DNA of 63,132 nt, filler included, from Platydemus manokwari (lineage: Eukaryota), in the NCBI GenBank assembly GCA_037951405.1. It is 6 parts of 6 records of this genome, joined end to end, with 100 filler letters (N's around TTAATTAATTAA, not from the genome) between each part and the next. Parts side by side here need not be neighbours in the genome. Positions count along the whole stretch, not along the records: positions 41,331 to 53,682 come from JBBMOY010175564.1; positions 53,783 to 63,132 come from JBBMOY011260763.1; 4 more parts are not named here. One strand, 5' to 3'. This document shows, one piece after another, positions 41,331-53,925 of the stretch (position 1 is its first letter; every line of letters starts with the position of its first letter). The notes beneath the pieces were generated by a model, which saw only the letters and a list, made by a program, of their open reading frames with translations, did no database searches and was not told the origin of the DNA. The position numbers and the translations under genes were made by a program.

Positions 41331-41745
41331 GCACTGACATAAGATCTTCTATCAGTTGGTGTTCCAAATCTTCTTCATTTGCGAAATTTTCAGTTTTTCG
41401 AAAATTTCGATTTTTTGGCCCTCTCAGACCTCGTTTATCAGATCTCAGATCGGTTTTATATGAGCGTTCCTGGGGACTGGAGGTATAGAACCTGTCATCC
41501 TTGTCGGAGAACTCTTTTTTCCTGTACAACCTTCGCGATTGCTTAGCCTGTCCGGAAAAGTTTGGTTTTTCCCGCCAGGTAAGTTTAGATTTTCCATTAG
41601 AATAAAACTTGGGTTCTTTCGAAAATCGCTTATCTGAGTGTCTCCTGGGACTGGGGGCATAATTAAGCCCGTCATCTCGCTGAGAATACTCGTTTTTAAG
41701 ACCTTGATAAGAGTCTAACATAAAGTTTAGTAATTCCAGAAGCAT
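41331..41745 (-). CDS. Truncated basic, low-complexity ORF, possibly the start of a retroelement ORF
   Basis: Open for ~138 codons into the gap, richer in GC than its flanks, R/K/S-rich, with no recognisable domain. Confidence 0.3.
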
Positions 41746-43349
41746 TATAGCGTTTAATTTAATGTAATAAAATTACATAATCCCAGTGGCTTGTAACAAT
41801 TCAAAGTTTCACGTGGGAGACTTGATTCAAACAAAAATTCTTGTTGATAATTAATTTATTTTTGTCTTGAACAGATTTATCACTCTTAAGCACTATTACA
41901 GTACATCCAACCATGTAGAAGAAAATCACAGCGTAAATGTCTGTATTCTTTTATCAATACTACATATGAGGAGACTGTTCTTGTTATTTTGTTTGGGATT
42001 TCCTCCATCACATCTGTCATATAGTCGCCTTCACATTACCTTTCGATTTTACGCCCTCCCCAAAACAAATAATATATAAAAGAAAATTAAAGGTTATATA
42101 AACTATATTTACAATAAAAAGTAGAATCATTTAAGTATAATCTCATATTTTCAATAGTACATTTACTCTAATAAACACTAATGTACGTGTGAACATTCTT
42201 AAATCTACCAGACAGGCACATACATTCTGGATACTAATACATATCGTATAAATTGATATTACAGAATTTATCTTGCATATGCATGATTTGCCTCTACCAA
42301 TTTGCTCTACCGAACAAACTGATTTCATTTATTTGCCGCATATATCTGTAAAAGGGTGGTACAGCATTTTGGACATTTTCATTCCGAGTTCCTTACAATT
42401 CAAAAATATAAAACAATTAAATGACTATTAGCGTTTAGATGCAACTTCTTATATAGTTTATAAAAATATATTGTTCATATCATACATGGAAATAAGAATA
42501 AATCTGTAGAATTAATATACATTATAAGCTATTTAAGGATAAAACAAAAATTAGAAAAATATTCATTAAAAATTGTCCAAACAACAAAATAAGAACTTGA
42601 TGAAACCAAAGATATTATCGATGAACTTGAATTCGGAGATTGAACCCTCTGATCTATTATTATCCTTCTGTTAGCTCCTTAACGGAATGAGCAAATAACT
42701 TATATTAATCGTTTCACTGCCTATAAACTGATAACCACAAAAGATATTAACATGATATTGTGTGCTTATAGCAAATAACGTATCTCCTCAGTGATACATC
42801 GGTGGCCGCGAAATATTCCATTTTGTCTTACCATGTAACACCATTAAAAGAAAAAAAATCGAAAACAAAGTCAAGCTCTTATTTCAAAATGGGGGATTAT
42901 GAGTGATTTTTCTTTAGAAAATGTTTCAAACAACTAAAACTCTGAACTCAAATAATCACTGAGAACATAATTGGTTTTAATAAAAATTTTGAATTAATTA
43001 TAATTCTTTTCAAACACATTTACGATATTTTAACAATTAAATCTTAGTTATAGCAGTTCTTATATAAAAGATCAGAGTAGAACAAGAATAACTTGTAAAA
43101 TATCAATAACAAGCGAATTAATGAAAAACAAAAAATCAATAAAATACAAAAAATAGTTTTCTATTTATAACCGTCCAATGAAATTTGACTAAATATTCAA
43201 ACCATATAATCAACGAAAATAAATAAAGCACTGACAAAATAATTTGTATAGCCGACCAATCATAATTGGCCATTATTTTAAATTAAGAAAATGCTTGTAA
43301 AATACAATGTTTTTAATTTAAAACTGAAAGTGAACACAAGAGAGCGAAT

Positions 43350-44877
43350 TTATTCATAGTTCTCAGTGACCATATCATTCAACCCGAGGAGCTCGTTTTC
43401 TTCGAATGTCCTTTCGTAATCTTCAACAGTCAATCTGGGATCGATTTCTGGGATAAAAATATCTTGTATGTAGCTGCCTCCGGCTGGATCTTCGATGATG
43501 AAAGTCACTCCGAATCGTTTTCCATCGGCAATGTCGTGGAGTGATTTGACCAAATTTCTCAAAATATTCTCCGCATCCGTGCCGGTAGCGCTGTCTCCTT
43601 TTAGAAATGGATTTGTTTCCTCCAGTTTTTCGGCCATTTGATGGAGAATGCCTTCAATTGTTGTAAATCGTCCTCCAAGAGACCCAGCCTCGGTTTCGAT
43701 GTCTAGATCCGGTATTCTCATAGCAGCAGTGTCCGATTTGAGAAAGTCTCTCGTCAGATCCTCGGGTGTTTCGATTTGCAAAGTGATACGACGAGCTTTC
43801 TCAGCAATACCACATCCACCTTTGACCTCGTTCTCTTTGAAACCGCAAGCATCGCAGGAGCTTGCCATCACGATTACTTCTTTGAAATGCGGAATGTCCA
43901 ACATCTTCATTCGGCCTTCCATTGGAGCATTGCATTCGGGACAGTTTAAATTAAAAATCAATACTTCATTTTTCGGATTGAATTCTTCTTGAGCTTCTTC
44001 AACATAATTTTTTTTGCCCGCACCTTCTTCGGGGAAACTTTCTTCGTTGATAGCGAGAGATTCGTTCTCTTCTTTCGATCGTTTATAATGTTCGACGCTT
44101 AATTTTGGGTCAACTTTAGGAGCGCATAGGTTTTCAATAATACTATTTCCGGCAGGATCAATTAATTCCTGTTTTTTAAAGATTTGTTTGTTATTTATCT
44201 AGGAGACGAAAATATAATAGAAAAGCTTACAACAACAAAGCTTGTTTTTAATTCCAAAAGCTCTTTCATTTTTGATATAAAATCATCCAACTGAGAAGCT
44301 AATTCAGGTTGAACTTCCTAAAAACATAGATTTTGTGTCATACACAAACGGTTTAATTAATTAATTACCCTTCGTTCATTTTGAAGAGCTTCAATATTTT
44401 CAATAATTGATGTGATAGTGCCTTCAATGGTGGTTAAAGCTAAAAATAACAAATTATTGAAGAAAATAACTTGTTAGCATTTGTCTTACATCCTTCTTGC
44501 ATGGGAAAAGAAGCGTCGAGTTGAGGAATATTAAAAGTCGATGTTTTACTTTTGACCATTCGACGATTTAAGTCGTCTTTGTTCGTCACTTGCAATGTAA
44601 ATTTGACACCTTTATCTTGTATAACACCACCTGCGTCGATATTTCTGTTTTGATAATGACATGCACTACATTCAAAAGATGAAATGACAACATCACGAAA
44701 AAATGGAATTTTTGTCAATAATAATTTAGTAGTTCCCTATTCATCGTATAATTATTTATAATATATAATGAAATAAAATACGGTTTCATAGCAGTTTAAG
44801 CATAAACTTTCAATTTCAAGAACTTCTGGTAAATCATCTGCGTGCAAATCTCTGAATAAAACATCAGTGTGTGACAT
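43350..44877 (-). CDS. ZPR1: Zinc finger protein ZPR1; exons 44877-44782, 44736-44490, 44439-44369, 44317-44231, 44168-43350
   Basis: Joined CDS is 1320 nt (439 aa) with two ZnF-A/B modules: IESLCLNCYE|GTTKLLLTKIPFFRDVVISSFECSAC, LTTIEG, DPAGNS; then NCPEC..IPHFKEVIVMASSCDACG, GGRFTTIEG, DPAGGS, C-terminal LGLNDMVTENYE. Confidence 0.96.
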
Positions 44878-46162
44878 CTCGAAGTTATAAACTATTATTT
44901 AAACAAAATTACACATTTTTAAATTATTCATAGATAATAATTTAAAAATTATATTTCGATTGTAACTTAATAACTAAATAAAAATAATTAAATTATTTAA
45001 CATCAAGATATTATCTTTAACTTTTTAATAGTGAATTTTAAAGTGTTTACTCTTAGTATTTCATAAAAATATATTAAGTTTATTATAAATAAGACTTGGT
45101 ATAATCAGTTCAGCAGTAAAAATTAAGTGAAAAAACCGCTTTTGTCAGCATAATAAAAATATCATATGAGGAGCTTAAAAACCCAACCTCAATATGATAT
45201 CTACAAATTTCTAATCAACACTACTCATTCAAAATATTTGTGATTATTTCAAGATTTTATATTTGTGAACATTATTCGATTTTATATGCACATAAAATAT
45301 TAAAATATGTGGATTTTACAAATATATATGAGTAATAAGATAGGTCAGTCTTTGATTACACATCCTTCAAATTATAAATAATTTTTCGATCATCACCAGT
45401 GTCACCCCAAGACAGCTGAAAAAACCAAAAAAATACCAAAATATGATGTTTATGAAAATGTAAGATAACCTCAACGAGAAATGGGTTATTTACAGACATA
45501 TATAAAATTATTTTTATCATAATTTTTAGTATATTATATTTTTATTATGAATATTTACTAAGATTATGAATTGATATTAGATAGTATTACTAATGAAAAA
45601 GATAATCTAGAAATCAGGATTTGAATACCTTTAATATTCTAGAATAAATATATAATTTTGTTTTTATCAATTCATTTCATTTTTTATGAGTGCTGCTTCA
45701 TTTTGGTCTCGGGCACAAATTCCAAATCCACGGAAGTTGTCACTAGAACCTGGGAAATCGATATTACACAAGTCTTAAAGAGGATCATTCCATAATCGTT
45801 CTTTCTTATTTTATTTTTAGAAAATTTTACTTGATCGTTTATCGGCTCTTGGTCAAATAAGAAATTGAAAAAAACCTAGGTTCAACGAATCCCCGTATTG
45901 GCTCATCTCATATAAGGGTGATCAGCAAGAATAAATCTTTTGAAATGACGTATTTGAGGTCTATTTTACTGATACTTTTTCAAATGTCAAGTCTATGTAT
46001 TACAAAGTTAATGAACAATTAGATCATTAAATTTGAAAGAATTGCAGTGGTTAATAATGTAAATATCGTTGAGTAGCGCTATTCAAAAGTCATAACGAAA
46101 AGTCAAGAGACAAACAGATACTATCAAAACGTAGAGCAAAAATAGAAAACACAAAAAGATAG

Positions 46163-46201
<39 letters not shown>
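46163..46201. repeat. (CA)n(TA)n compound microsatellite
   Basis: acacacacacacacatatatatat... run. Confidence 0.9.
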
Positions 46202-47459
46202 AATAATTGTGAATTGAAAGATATAGTTATAACATCTAAAAATTGAATAAAAATAATATTTTTAGCATAACAAAATATAAAATGCTATGACTATTTTATA
46301 AAACAAGTAGAACGAAAAAATAACTAAATAAACAATAATCAAACAGCCATAAGCAAATCTCAGTGAAATATACTAAACAGAGAATTTTATAAAAATAGTG
46401 ACTGAAAACAGAAAATCACCGAAAAATGTGTAAACGCAAATTCTCAGTACAGTTGCTCCGGTTAAGAATAAATTTTATACTATAACTTCGAGTTGGTAAA
46501 TTTTGATGACAACACTCTTATTTACAATCAAGGGAACATTCAAAAACTATGAATAAATTTTGTTCTTTTAATTTCTATTATAATGTCGGTTGAGGAAATT
46601 ATTGTCTATTCATCAACATCGACAAAGTTCGTAACGAGCATTTGACAGCTTTCTAAAATCAATTATATTCTAACGATTTTTTCCTTCAGAGTTGGGTTGC
46701 ATTAGTTTTCAATTCTAGTTATTAACCTCTGTAAGACATTACAGCTTATAACATTAAAACTTATAGCATAACACATTTATTATTTGTAAATATATTGAAT
46801 AGTACAAAAATATTTTTCAACTTCATTGTTTTATTTATGATATACACGTCATTTATGCTTCGGTATTGCTAAGATTTAGATATTAGTAGAATTAGCTAAT
46901 TCATGTCTCAGGTTCTAGCAATGTAAATAAAATTATTAATTTAAGTTATCGACTAGCAATTTAAGCTAATTTGAATGTGGGTCACATCATTTAATTCACT
47001 CACGATATAAAACATTATTGTTAAATTAAATATAGTCTAAATATTCTAAAGTTATAATTATAATTATTCATTTTTCGTCTATTTTATAATACAATTTTTA
47101 TTATTTTAGTTTTCTGAAATTAGTTTTAAACGTGCACATTCTAAGATTTTAAAGTTGATTTTTAGATAACTAAAAATTTTACTTTTGAAGTTTTAATTTT
47201 TAAAAAAGTGAAATTGAGCTAAAATTGTCATATAAACGATCGTTTTTTAATTGAAATAAATGTGAAAAGGAAAAGGTTTTCAGGATTAAAAATTTTTTAT
47301 TACACTTAGAATTTAAAACATTATTTAAATTTTTTTTAATTATAGACATCATTATTTGGACGATATTATGTAACAATATTCATAACGAGTTTAATTACAT
47401 AAATGATCTTAATTTTCTTTTTTATTAATTGTTTAAATCAGTCATTAACTCCAAATTAA

Positions 47460-50400
47460 ATGATTGATAATTTTTATTATTGCTACCAAATATTTTATTT
47501 GTATATCCGAATTAATGTATCATTATGCAAAAGTTATCTTCCATTTCTTTTATCATTTGCTATTTTCAATCCATTAATGATGGTCAATTTCAAAAGTATA
47601 TTGATTCGAATCAAACCGGAATTCAGACCATTAACAATGGAAAACGTATTCCCACGGCCAAAACTTTACATTTTGTATGCTCCGGAAAATCCTATACTGG
47701 CCAAAATGTTGAATGGTTCCAAATTTCCAAGAGAACTGAAAGCGTTTGAAAAACGTCAAAGTATCATCCCGATTCTTGACAATTGGAAAAAGTTGGAAAT
47801 ATTCAAATTCACTTATTTATCCATTGAAGTTGACAATTTTAATTTGTTGGAGCATGTCAATATTTCCCAATTATCAATTCATAATATGTCATTCACAAAC
47901 TATCACATCCTAAACATCACATATATTTCATATGTTATTGGGAGATATGGGGATGAGATTTATCTTTCCAAAGATCTTAAATCGCCTTATTTTTCTTTGA
48001 TGTATGTCATGAAATGCTCATTGTATTCCATGTATCCCGATGAATTAATGCCAGAAGTGACACTGGGGAGTTTACCTAATTCTCTGCTTTATTCCATCCA
48101 TTGGCCTTGTATTCAATTATTATTCTATTATATGATATTCGGTTGTATTATACTGCATATCAAAACCGTTCGTCGGTTGAGCCGGTTTTCATTGATTCCA
48201 CAGAAAGGCTGGTATACAATTGCCAATTATTTGACCATTGGTGTGCTCTATCAATCGGTGTGTTTTACAGTTTTTATTTTCACCGCTTTAAGTTTGTGTA
48301 CCAATTATTTCGGTTCTCCAATCATTCAAATTGTCCCATGGACGGTTTTGCTTTTGACGTTTTTAATCAATACGAATACCATATTATTGTTTGGTATGGT
48401 TTTATCTGAGTTCGATATCAGTACGTACAATGAAATATATTTCCTTGGAATGATAATGGCTCCGCAGTTATTGTATATATTTTCTTTCGGTCAAGATAAT
48501 GGTGTCAACTGTTATTTTCAATATTTAACAAGTGTGTCTCCTTTTTTCGCTATTGGTTGGTCTTTGACGAATTTGGAAACATTAAATACCGAAGAACGAT
48601 ATTTCGGAGTCAGTCCATCAATATACAACCAATTTACAACTCATTGTTTTAGTTTCTTAATGACTTTAAGATTTCAAATAGGCCATTCAGTTGTTTATGT
48701 TTTATTTATCATTTATATGAACTTTATTAATGATTGGGTTGTTGATCGAATATCACGATTTCGAAAACCAGTAAAAGTTCCAAAAGTCCGCCGTTCAACG
48801 AGACATAGGCCGAAAAAAGCAGAATCTGTTTATTCAACTGAGGATACGGGAGACAGATATCTTCGTGATCAGTTTGTTTTTCCAAAATCCGAATATATTA
48901 TTTCAATGAATAATGTTGTGAAAATATTCAACGTTGATGGATGTTTGAAAAAAGTTCTTAAAGGAATATCGTCGAAAATCCGTAAGAATAAAGTAACGAC
49001 AATTCTTGGACCTAATGGATCAGGTAAAACGACTTTCTTGGAAGTGATTTGTGGCTCCCAGTCAATAAACACTGGTAGTATCTCTATAAATGGAAAAAAT
49101 ATTAGATATAATAGGAAAGCAGCTAGTGATCATATCAGTAAATATATCGATGAAACTAGAATTATTAATTTTCTAGAAGTGAAGGAATATTTTGAACTGA
49201 CAATCAGTAAAAATGAATTTAAAAATAATTCTGCAATTCTCAAGCAAAAATTGATGGATTTAATTGAAATATGTGATGTTAAAGATTATCTCAGACTTTC
49301 AGTTAAATCTTGTTCGGAATCTGTAATAAAGATAATCAAAATTATGTGTACTTTTCTTTCCCATAAATCAATTGTGATACTAGATAATCCAATGGAAGGG
49401 CTAGATTATGAAAAAATGCAAAACGTTTGTTCTCTATTCCATAATCAAAAATCGTCGAAAACTATTATTTACACCAGCTGCAACTCAAATACTATTGAAT
49501 ACATATCGGATTCAGTTATCGTACTTATTAATGGGCATAAAGTATCTCAAACCGATGTCGAAAATTTTCATACAAATAACATGCTTTATAAATTGCTGTG
49601 TTCAATGGAAAAGGAAATGAGTGATTACACTCTCACTCGTTATATGAGACATACTTTTCCTATGATTCGATTTGAGGAAACCTTGGATGATATTGCTTAC
49701 TTTAGTGTTCCGAAAATGACTATCAATGATATTTGGCATTTATTGAATTCATTGGATCATTATGGGAGTAAACTTGGTATTTGGAGATACAAATTCATCG
49801 CTATTGGTATGAGGCATTTTCTGTCCAATGCGTACGATCGTTATTTGAAAAGTCGGAAGAAAAAACGAATAGATTTTCACAATTTCGATATTATTCCAAA
49901 GAAAATCAAAGAACGATCAGTTTTATTTCGACGATATTTCATTTTATTGTTATCACAGAGATTATTCTTCATGTGTCGATATCCAACAAAATTAATTATG
50001 CGATTCTTGATTCCTATTCTTGTCTTAATAGTATGGATAAATTCAACAAGTTTGAGTCATCCAACTATATTATTCATGGATAACGGATTCTTTTTACCAA
50101 ATTATCAAGAAGGAATCAATTCTGAACATCAAGTATTCATTGCTTGCAAAGGTTCTTCAAACGACTGCGAGAATCTCTATAAGCAACTAAATCCAAGGAT
50201 TACCTTTATAAGTAATGTTTATCGTTTCGATTATAGTAATCAAAACAAAAATTTCCAGACTTTTGAAACGTTTTTGTTCAACGAAGGGGAGAAAAATTAT
50301 TTGCTATACAACAATTTGACTTTGTTCGGCATTTATTTTGCTCTTAATAGAAAATATGGTCCGAAAGCAGTTGTATTAGCTAATGATTACAAAAGTCAAT

Positions 50401-52163
50401 TGCTGGCTTACAATTTGGCTGAAAATATAATGATGTCACCAAAAAATATAAGTATTTATCGATTTGATCGCTTGGATTTGTTAGTACAAACTGAAGTAGT
50501 TGAAATAAATTATCTTTTGAGGCTTATTATGGTGGTACTTTTTGCTTATTCTCTGTCGACTTATCGTTATATTTCTCAACGTGTTAATCAACAATTTATG
50601 AAGATCCATCATTTAGCTGGAATACATTTCTCGATATTACAATTACCAAACTTTCTAGTAAATATTTTACTCTATCTATTGATAATGTGTTTCATGATTC
50701 TTCTTTTGTACGTAATGGAAGATTATCAAATCACCAAAGTAAGAGGCAGTATCATGGATTTGATTTCAGTATTTACCTGGTTTGTTTTCGCGGATTCTTC
50801 TTTAAAATTGTTAGTACAATTTTGGGCCAATTATACTCCACTAGTCGATTTTGTGATGAATTGCATCGATCTTTTTTTAATTTTTTTCTTAAATGTCGAT
50901 TACATGATCGATTACATCACCAAAATCCAAAAATACAGCTTTGGTGGATTGCGTGGAGCTTCATTGAAAAAGTTTTCAATCGATAAAATACTAAAAATTT
51001 TCTTTCCATCTGGAAATTTGAATATCGCTTTTGAATTTACCTTGGAGACGGCACGAGGTTCCATAATAGGAATGTTGATATTGCAAACACTTACTTATCT
51101 GATGTGTTTGTTTGTCTGGCAACAAGAATTTTATAAAGTGGAAGAATATATACACAAATTCAAAACAGCATCATTAACTTCCAAGATGCCAAAAGTGAAA
51201 TACGTTGGAACTGACAATTCATTTCTGTATTTGAACAATATCAGTTTCATTCTTAATCGACGTGTGTTCTTTCAAGATATCAACATTGAGCTTAAACAGG
51301 GGAATGTGTGGGGCATTATTGGCCCAAATAATTGTGGTAAAACACATTTGGTTAATATTCTGATTGGACAGGCTTTACCAACAACTGGAGAAATCTATCT
51401 ATATAATCAATTAGCGCGACCGAGAAATTTCAAAGAAAAAGGTGTAAAAATCGGATTTTGTTCAGAATGTGAATTTTATATTTCTGATTTGACGGTTGAA
51501 GAAACATTATTGTATTGGAGTCGATTGAAATTATTACCTGAAGAGAATTTGAAGAATTTTATCGAAGAAATTCTGAGTATTTTATTTCTTAATACTGACC
51601 AAAACCAATGCGTCAAAAATTTGACCAAAACAAACATTAAAAAATTAGATATAGCAATAGCAATTATCGGATATCCTCAAATTATAATATTGGACGATCC
51701 ACTATCGTGTCTGGATTCTTTGTCGAGACAAGGGGTTATTAATCTTATTGAAAGAGCCAAAAACAAGAACAGTGTCGTACTTATAACGGCTTCAGAAATT
51801 TCAGAATTGAGACATATTTTAACACATATTGCAATTTTTGGTAAAGATAAAGCATTGTTTCATGGTAAATTTGTAGACGCCATCTTACAGTCTAAAATCG
51901 GTTATTACTTAACTATATTTTTGGTTGAGAAAGATCTTTCTGAAACCTCAATAAAAAATATAACATCTTTAATCACGAAAAGTTTCAAAAACTCATTTCT
52001 TTTCAAAATTTATTCTTCCAATGTGGTGTATTTTTTACCTTTTCAGAATCTAACCGATCCAAATACTACGAAAATTCTTTTATTTATGGAAACTATCAGA
52101 ACGAAATTGTACTTCGAAAGATATTTAATTAAATATGATGCATTATTTTCCGATATAGAATGA
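47460..52163 (+). CDS. Intronless full-size ABC transporter, subfamily A-like (TMD-NBD-TMD-NBD), divergent
   Basis: 1567-aa ORF with Walker A GPNGSGKTT and GPNNCGKTH, an ABCA-type second-half start (FILLLSQRLFFMCR...FLIP), a single TM followed by an ectodomain and a TM bundle in each half, and a post-NBD GYYLTI regulatory-type domain. Confidence 0.9.
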   Translation: MIDNFYYCYQIFYLYIRINVSLCKSYLPFLLSFAIFNPLMMVNFKSILIRIKPEFRPLTMENVFPRPKLYILYAPENPILAKMLNGSKFPRELKAFEKRQSIIPILDNWKKLEIFKFTYLSIEVDNFNLLEHVNISQLSIHNMSFTNYHILNITYISYVIGRYGDEIYLSKDLKSPYFSLMYVMKCSLYSMYPDELMPEVTLGSLPNSLLYSIHWPCIQLLFYYMIFGCIILHIKTVRRLSRFSLIPQKGWYTIANYLTIGVLYQSVCFTVFIFTALSLCTNYFGSPIIQIVPWTVLLLTFLINTNTILLFGMVLSEFDISTYNEIYFLGMIMAPQLLYIFSFGQDNGVNCYFQYLTSVSPFFAIGWSLTNLETLNTEERYFGVSPSIYNQFTTHCFSFLMTLRFQIGHSVVYVLFIIYMNFINDWVVDRISRFRKPVKVPKVRRSTRHRPKKAESVYSTEDTGDRYLRDQFVFPKSEYIISMNNVVKIFNVDGCLKKVLKGISSKIRKNKVTTILGPNGSGKTTFLEVICGSQSINTGSISINGKNIRYNRKAASDHISKYIDETRIINFLEVKEYFELTISKNEFKNNSAILKQKLMDLIEICDVKDYLRLSVKSCSESVIKIIKIMCTFLSHKSIVILDNPMEGLDYEKMQNVCSLFHNQKSSKTIIYTSCNSNTIEYISDSVIVLINGHKVSQTDVENFHTNNMLYKLLCSMEKEMSDYTLTRYMRHTFPMIRFEETLDDIAYFSVPKMTINDIWHLLNSLDHYGSKLGIWRYKFIAIGMRHFLSNAYDRYLKSRKKKRIDFHNFDIIPKKIKERSVLFRRYFILLLSQRLFFMCRYPTKLIMRFLIPILVLIVWINSTSLSHPTILFMDNGFFLPNYQEGINSEHQVFIACKGSSNDCENLYKQLNPRITFISNVYRFDYSNQNKNFQTFETFLFNEGEKNYLLYNNLTLFGIYFALNRKYGPKAVVLANDYKSQLLAYNLAENIMMSPKNISIYRFDRLDLLVQTEVVEINYLLRLIMVVLFAYSLSTYRYISQRVNQQFMKIHHLAGIHFSILQLPNFLVNILLYLLIMCFMILLLYVMEDYQITKVRGSIMDLISVFTWFVFADSSLKLLVQFWANYTPLVDFVMNCIDLFLIFFLNVDYMIDYITKIQKYSFGGLRGASLKKFSIDKILKIFFPSGNLNIAFEFTLETARGSIIGMLILQTLTYLMCLFVWQQEFYKVEEYIHKFKTASLTSKMPKVKYVGTDNSFLYLNNISFILNRRVFFQDINIELKQGNVWGIIGPNNCGKTHLVNILIGQALPTTGEIYLYNQLARPRNFKEKGVKIGFCSECEFYISDLTVEETLLYWSRLKLLPEENLKNFIEEILSILFLNTDQNQCVKNLTKTNIKKLDIAIAIIGYPQIIILDDPLSCLDSLSRQGVINLIERAKNKNSVVLITASEISELRHILTHIAIFGKDKALFHGKFVDAILQSKIGYYLTIFLVEKDLSETSIKNITSLITKSFKNSFLFKIYSSNVVYFLPFQNLTDPNTTKILLFMETIRTKLYFERYLIKYDALFSDIE

Positions 52164-52739
52164 TTTTATGAAAGTTTCCAAACCAATAAAAAATTATGGT
52201 ATTTTAATTTATCAGATATTAATATTTAGCAATATTAAATCAGTATCTTTTGTCTTGCTTAATCAAAAATTATAAAATGATTTTCTGTTGTTTATTCACG
52301 AAATTCAAAAATGATAATTCATAAAATGTTGAATTAAACTTTGACAAACATTTGTGATTTTTAGTTATCGAAGACTTCGTAGATGTCCTATAAACGGGGT
52401 TTCATTCCCTTAAATATATAAAATTAATTACAATTATAAAAATTATTATTAATTAATACAAGTTAAAATTAATTTTTTAAAAATATTCACTGGCCGAAAA
52501 AAAAACAATATAAATTACAAAATTGTTTATTTTAGTGATATTAGGTTTCTATATACTCGATTAACCACTTAATTCTTATTATAACTCTAATAAAACAAAT
52601 ATTTCAATAAAACCGAGCGAGATAAAACAATAATAATACAAATACTTAATAAAATTATGGAGAGTTACTATATAAACAGCCAAGAAAAACTTAAATAGGT
52701 TTAATCGAAGTTATAAGGCAGCACACAACAACATAAGTG

Positions 52740-53272
52740 CTCAAAGCATTATGAAGAAAGACACAATGTTTATTATTCGTTTACTGACGTAGCTGCTGAA
52801 TGTAAAATTTATATCGAGTGAGTTCTTGTCTGAATCTATTTGTAAATAGACCATAGTCTTCGCTCTCTAAGGAATCTGCTGAGATAAACAATACATAGAA
52901 ACAAAAAATTCCTTACTAAGAACTTACATAAGTTAGAAGAGTGTGTGTCTATCTTACGATTAATTACAACTAAATATCAGAGTTTTGGAGAAATACTTAT
53001 CTAATTACTCAATTGAAAATACCACTAGATATTCTCATATAGAAAACAATCAGGATCACGCCAATGCAAAATCGTCTTATGCAAATTTTGTGAAATCTGT
53101 GAGTTGCAAGGATGGTAATAGTAACAAGACTCAAAGCATACGGAGATCAAGTGATAACATACTCAATTTGAATTTGAACACAAAACAAAATTCCATTACA
53201 CTCGATAATGAAGGTTTCAAAGTGATAAAGAGGAAATCAAGACGAAACTTCTGGGTTATCCCCTCGGTTTAA
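52740..53272 (+). mobile_element. Possible decayed LINE ORF1 remnant
   Basis: SSYANFVKS and DNEGFKVIKRKSRR resemble the SYAxV and GFxxVxRK features common in LINE ORF1 proteins. The region is broken by stops. Confidence 0.3.
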
Positions 53273-53607
53273 TTCAGAAAATAAAAAAAAACTATTATAA
53301 ACTCATCACTTACTGAACCTACAAGAAAAATTGAAGAAAAAATGATATGCATTTCAAGAAAAAACGGAGATTCCTTATCTCTGATAATACTAACTACCCG
53401 ACAAATCAAGTTGAACAGCAGCGCAAGGCAACCTTAGGTGAATTCAGAAAAATTATTGGGGAAAAAGAGAACAAAGTGAAGCAAACAAACATGAAAACAA
53501 GTCGTAACTGTAACTCTAATAATATTCCAGGATTAAAGAATAAATTTGTATTGATTCAATTCAAAAATAATCTTCGTGGAAACCATAAAAGATATATTTC
53601 TGCCAAC

Positions 53608-53682
53608 TATTGGGTCTATAACTTAATAACCGGAATTTGACACCAGATGTAAACACTTGTGTGTGTGCTGTAGCAAATCATT
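53608..53682. repeat. Interspersed repeat end (probable DNA transposon/MITE terminus), copy 2
   Basis: TATTGGGTCTATAACTTAATAACCGGAATTTGACACCAGATG..., the inverted match to 10758-10832. Confidence 0.8.
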
Positions 53683-53782
53683 NNNNNNNNNNNNNNNNNN
53701 NNNNNNNNNNNNNNNNNNNNNNNNNNTTAATTAATTAANNNNNNNNNNNNNNNNNNNNNNNNNNNNNNNNNNNNNNNNNNNN
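53683..53782. other. Artificial contig linker
   Basis: N44-TTAATTAATTAA-N44. Confidence 0.98.
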
Positions 53783-53925
53783 TATTATCATTATTGTAAT
53801 TATAATTGTTAATAAGATTATTATTATCATTATTATTGTAACTATTAGTGTTTTTAATATTATTATCATTATTGTAATTATAATTGTTAATAATATTATT
53901 ATTATCATTATTATTGCTAATATTA
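53783..53925. repeat. (ATT)n-rich low-complexity tract with a ~55-bp unit duplicated at 78-bp spacing
   Basis: tattatcattattgtaattataattgttaataa... occurs at 53783 and 53861 and reads as poly-Asn on the minus strand. Confidence 0.75.

Noticed and set aside
10613-53782. Five regularly recurring TTAATTAATTAA motifs inside N runs
   Set aside because: Artificial contig-concatenation linkers, not biology. Gene neighbourhoods across them carry no meaning.
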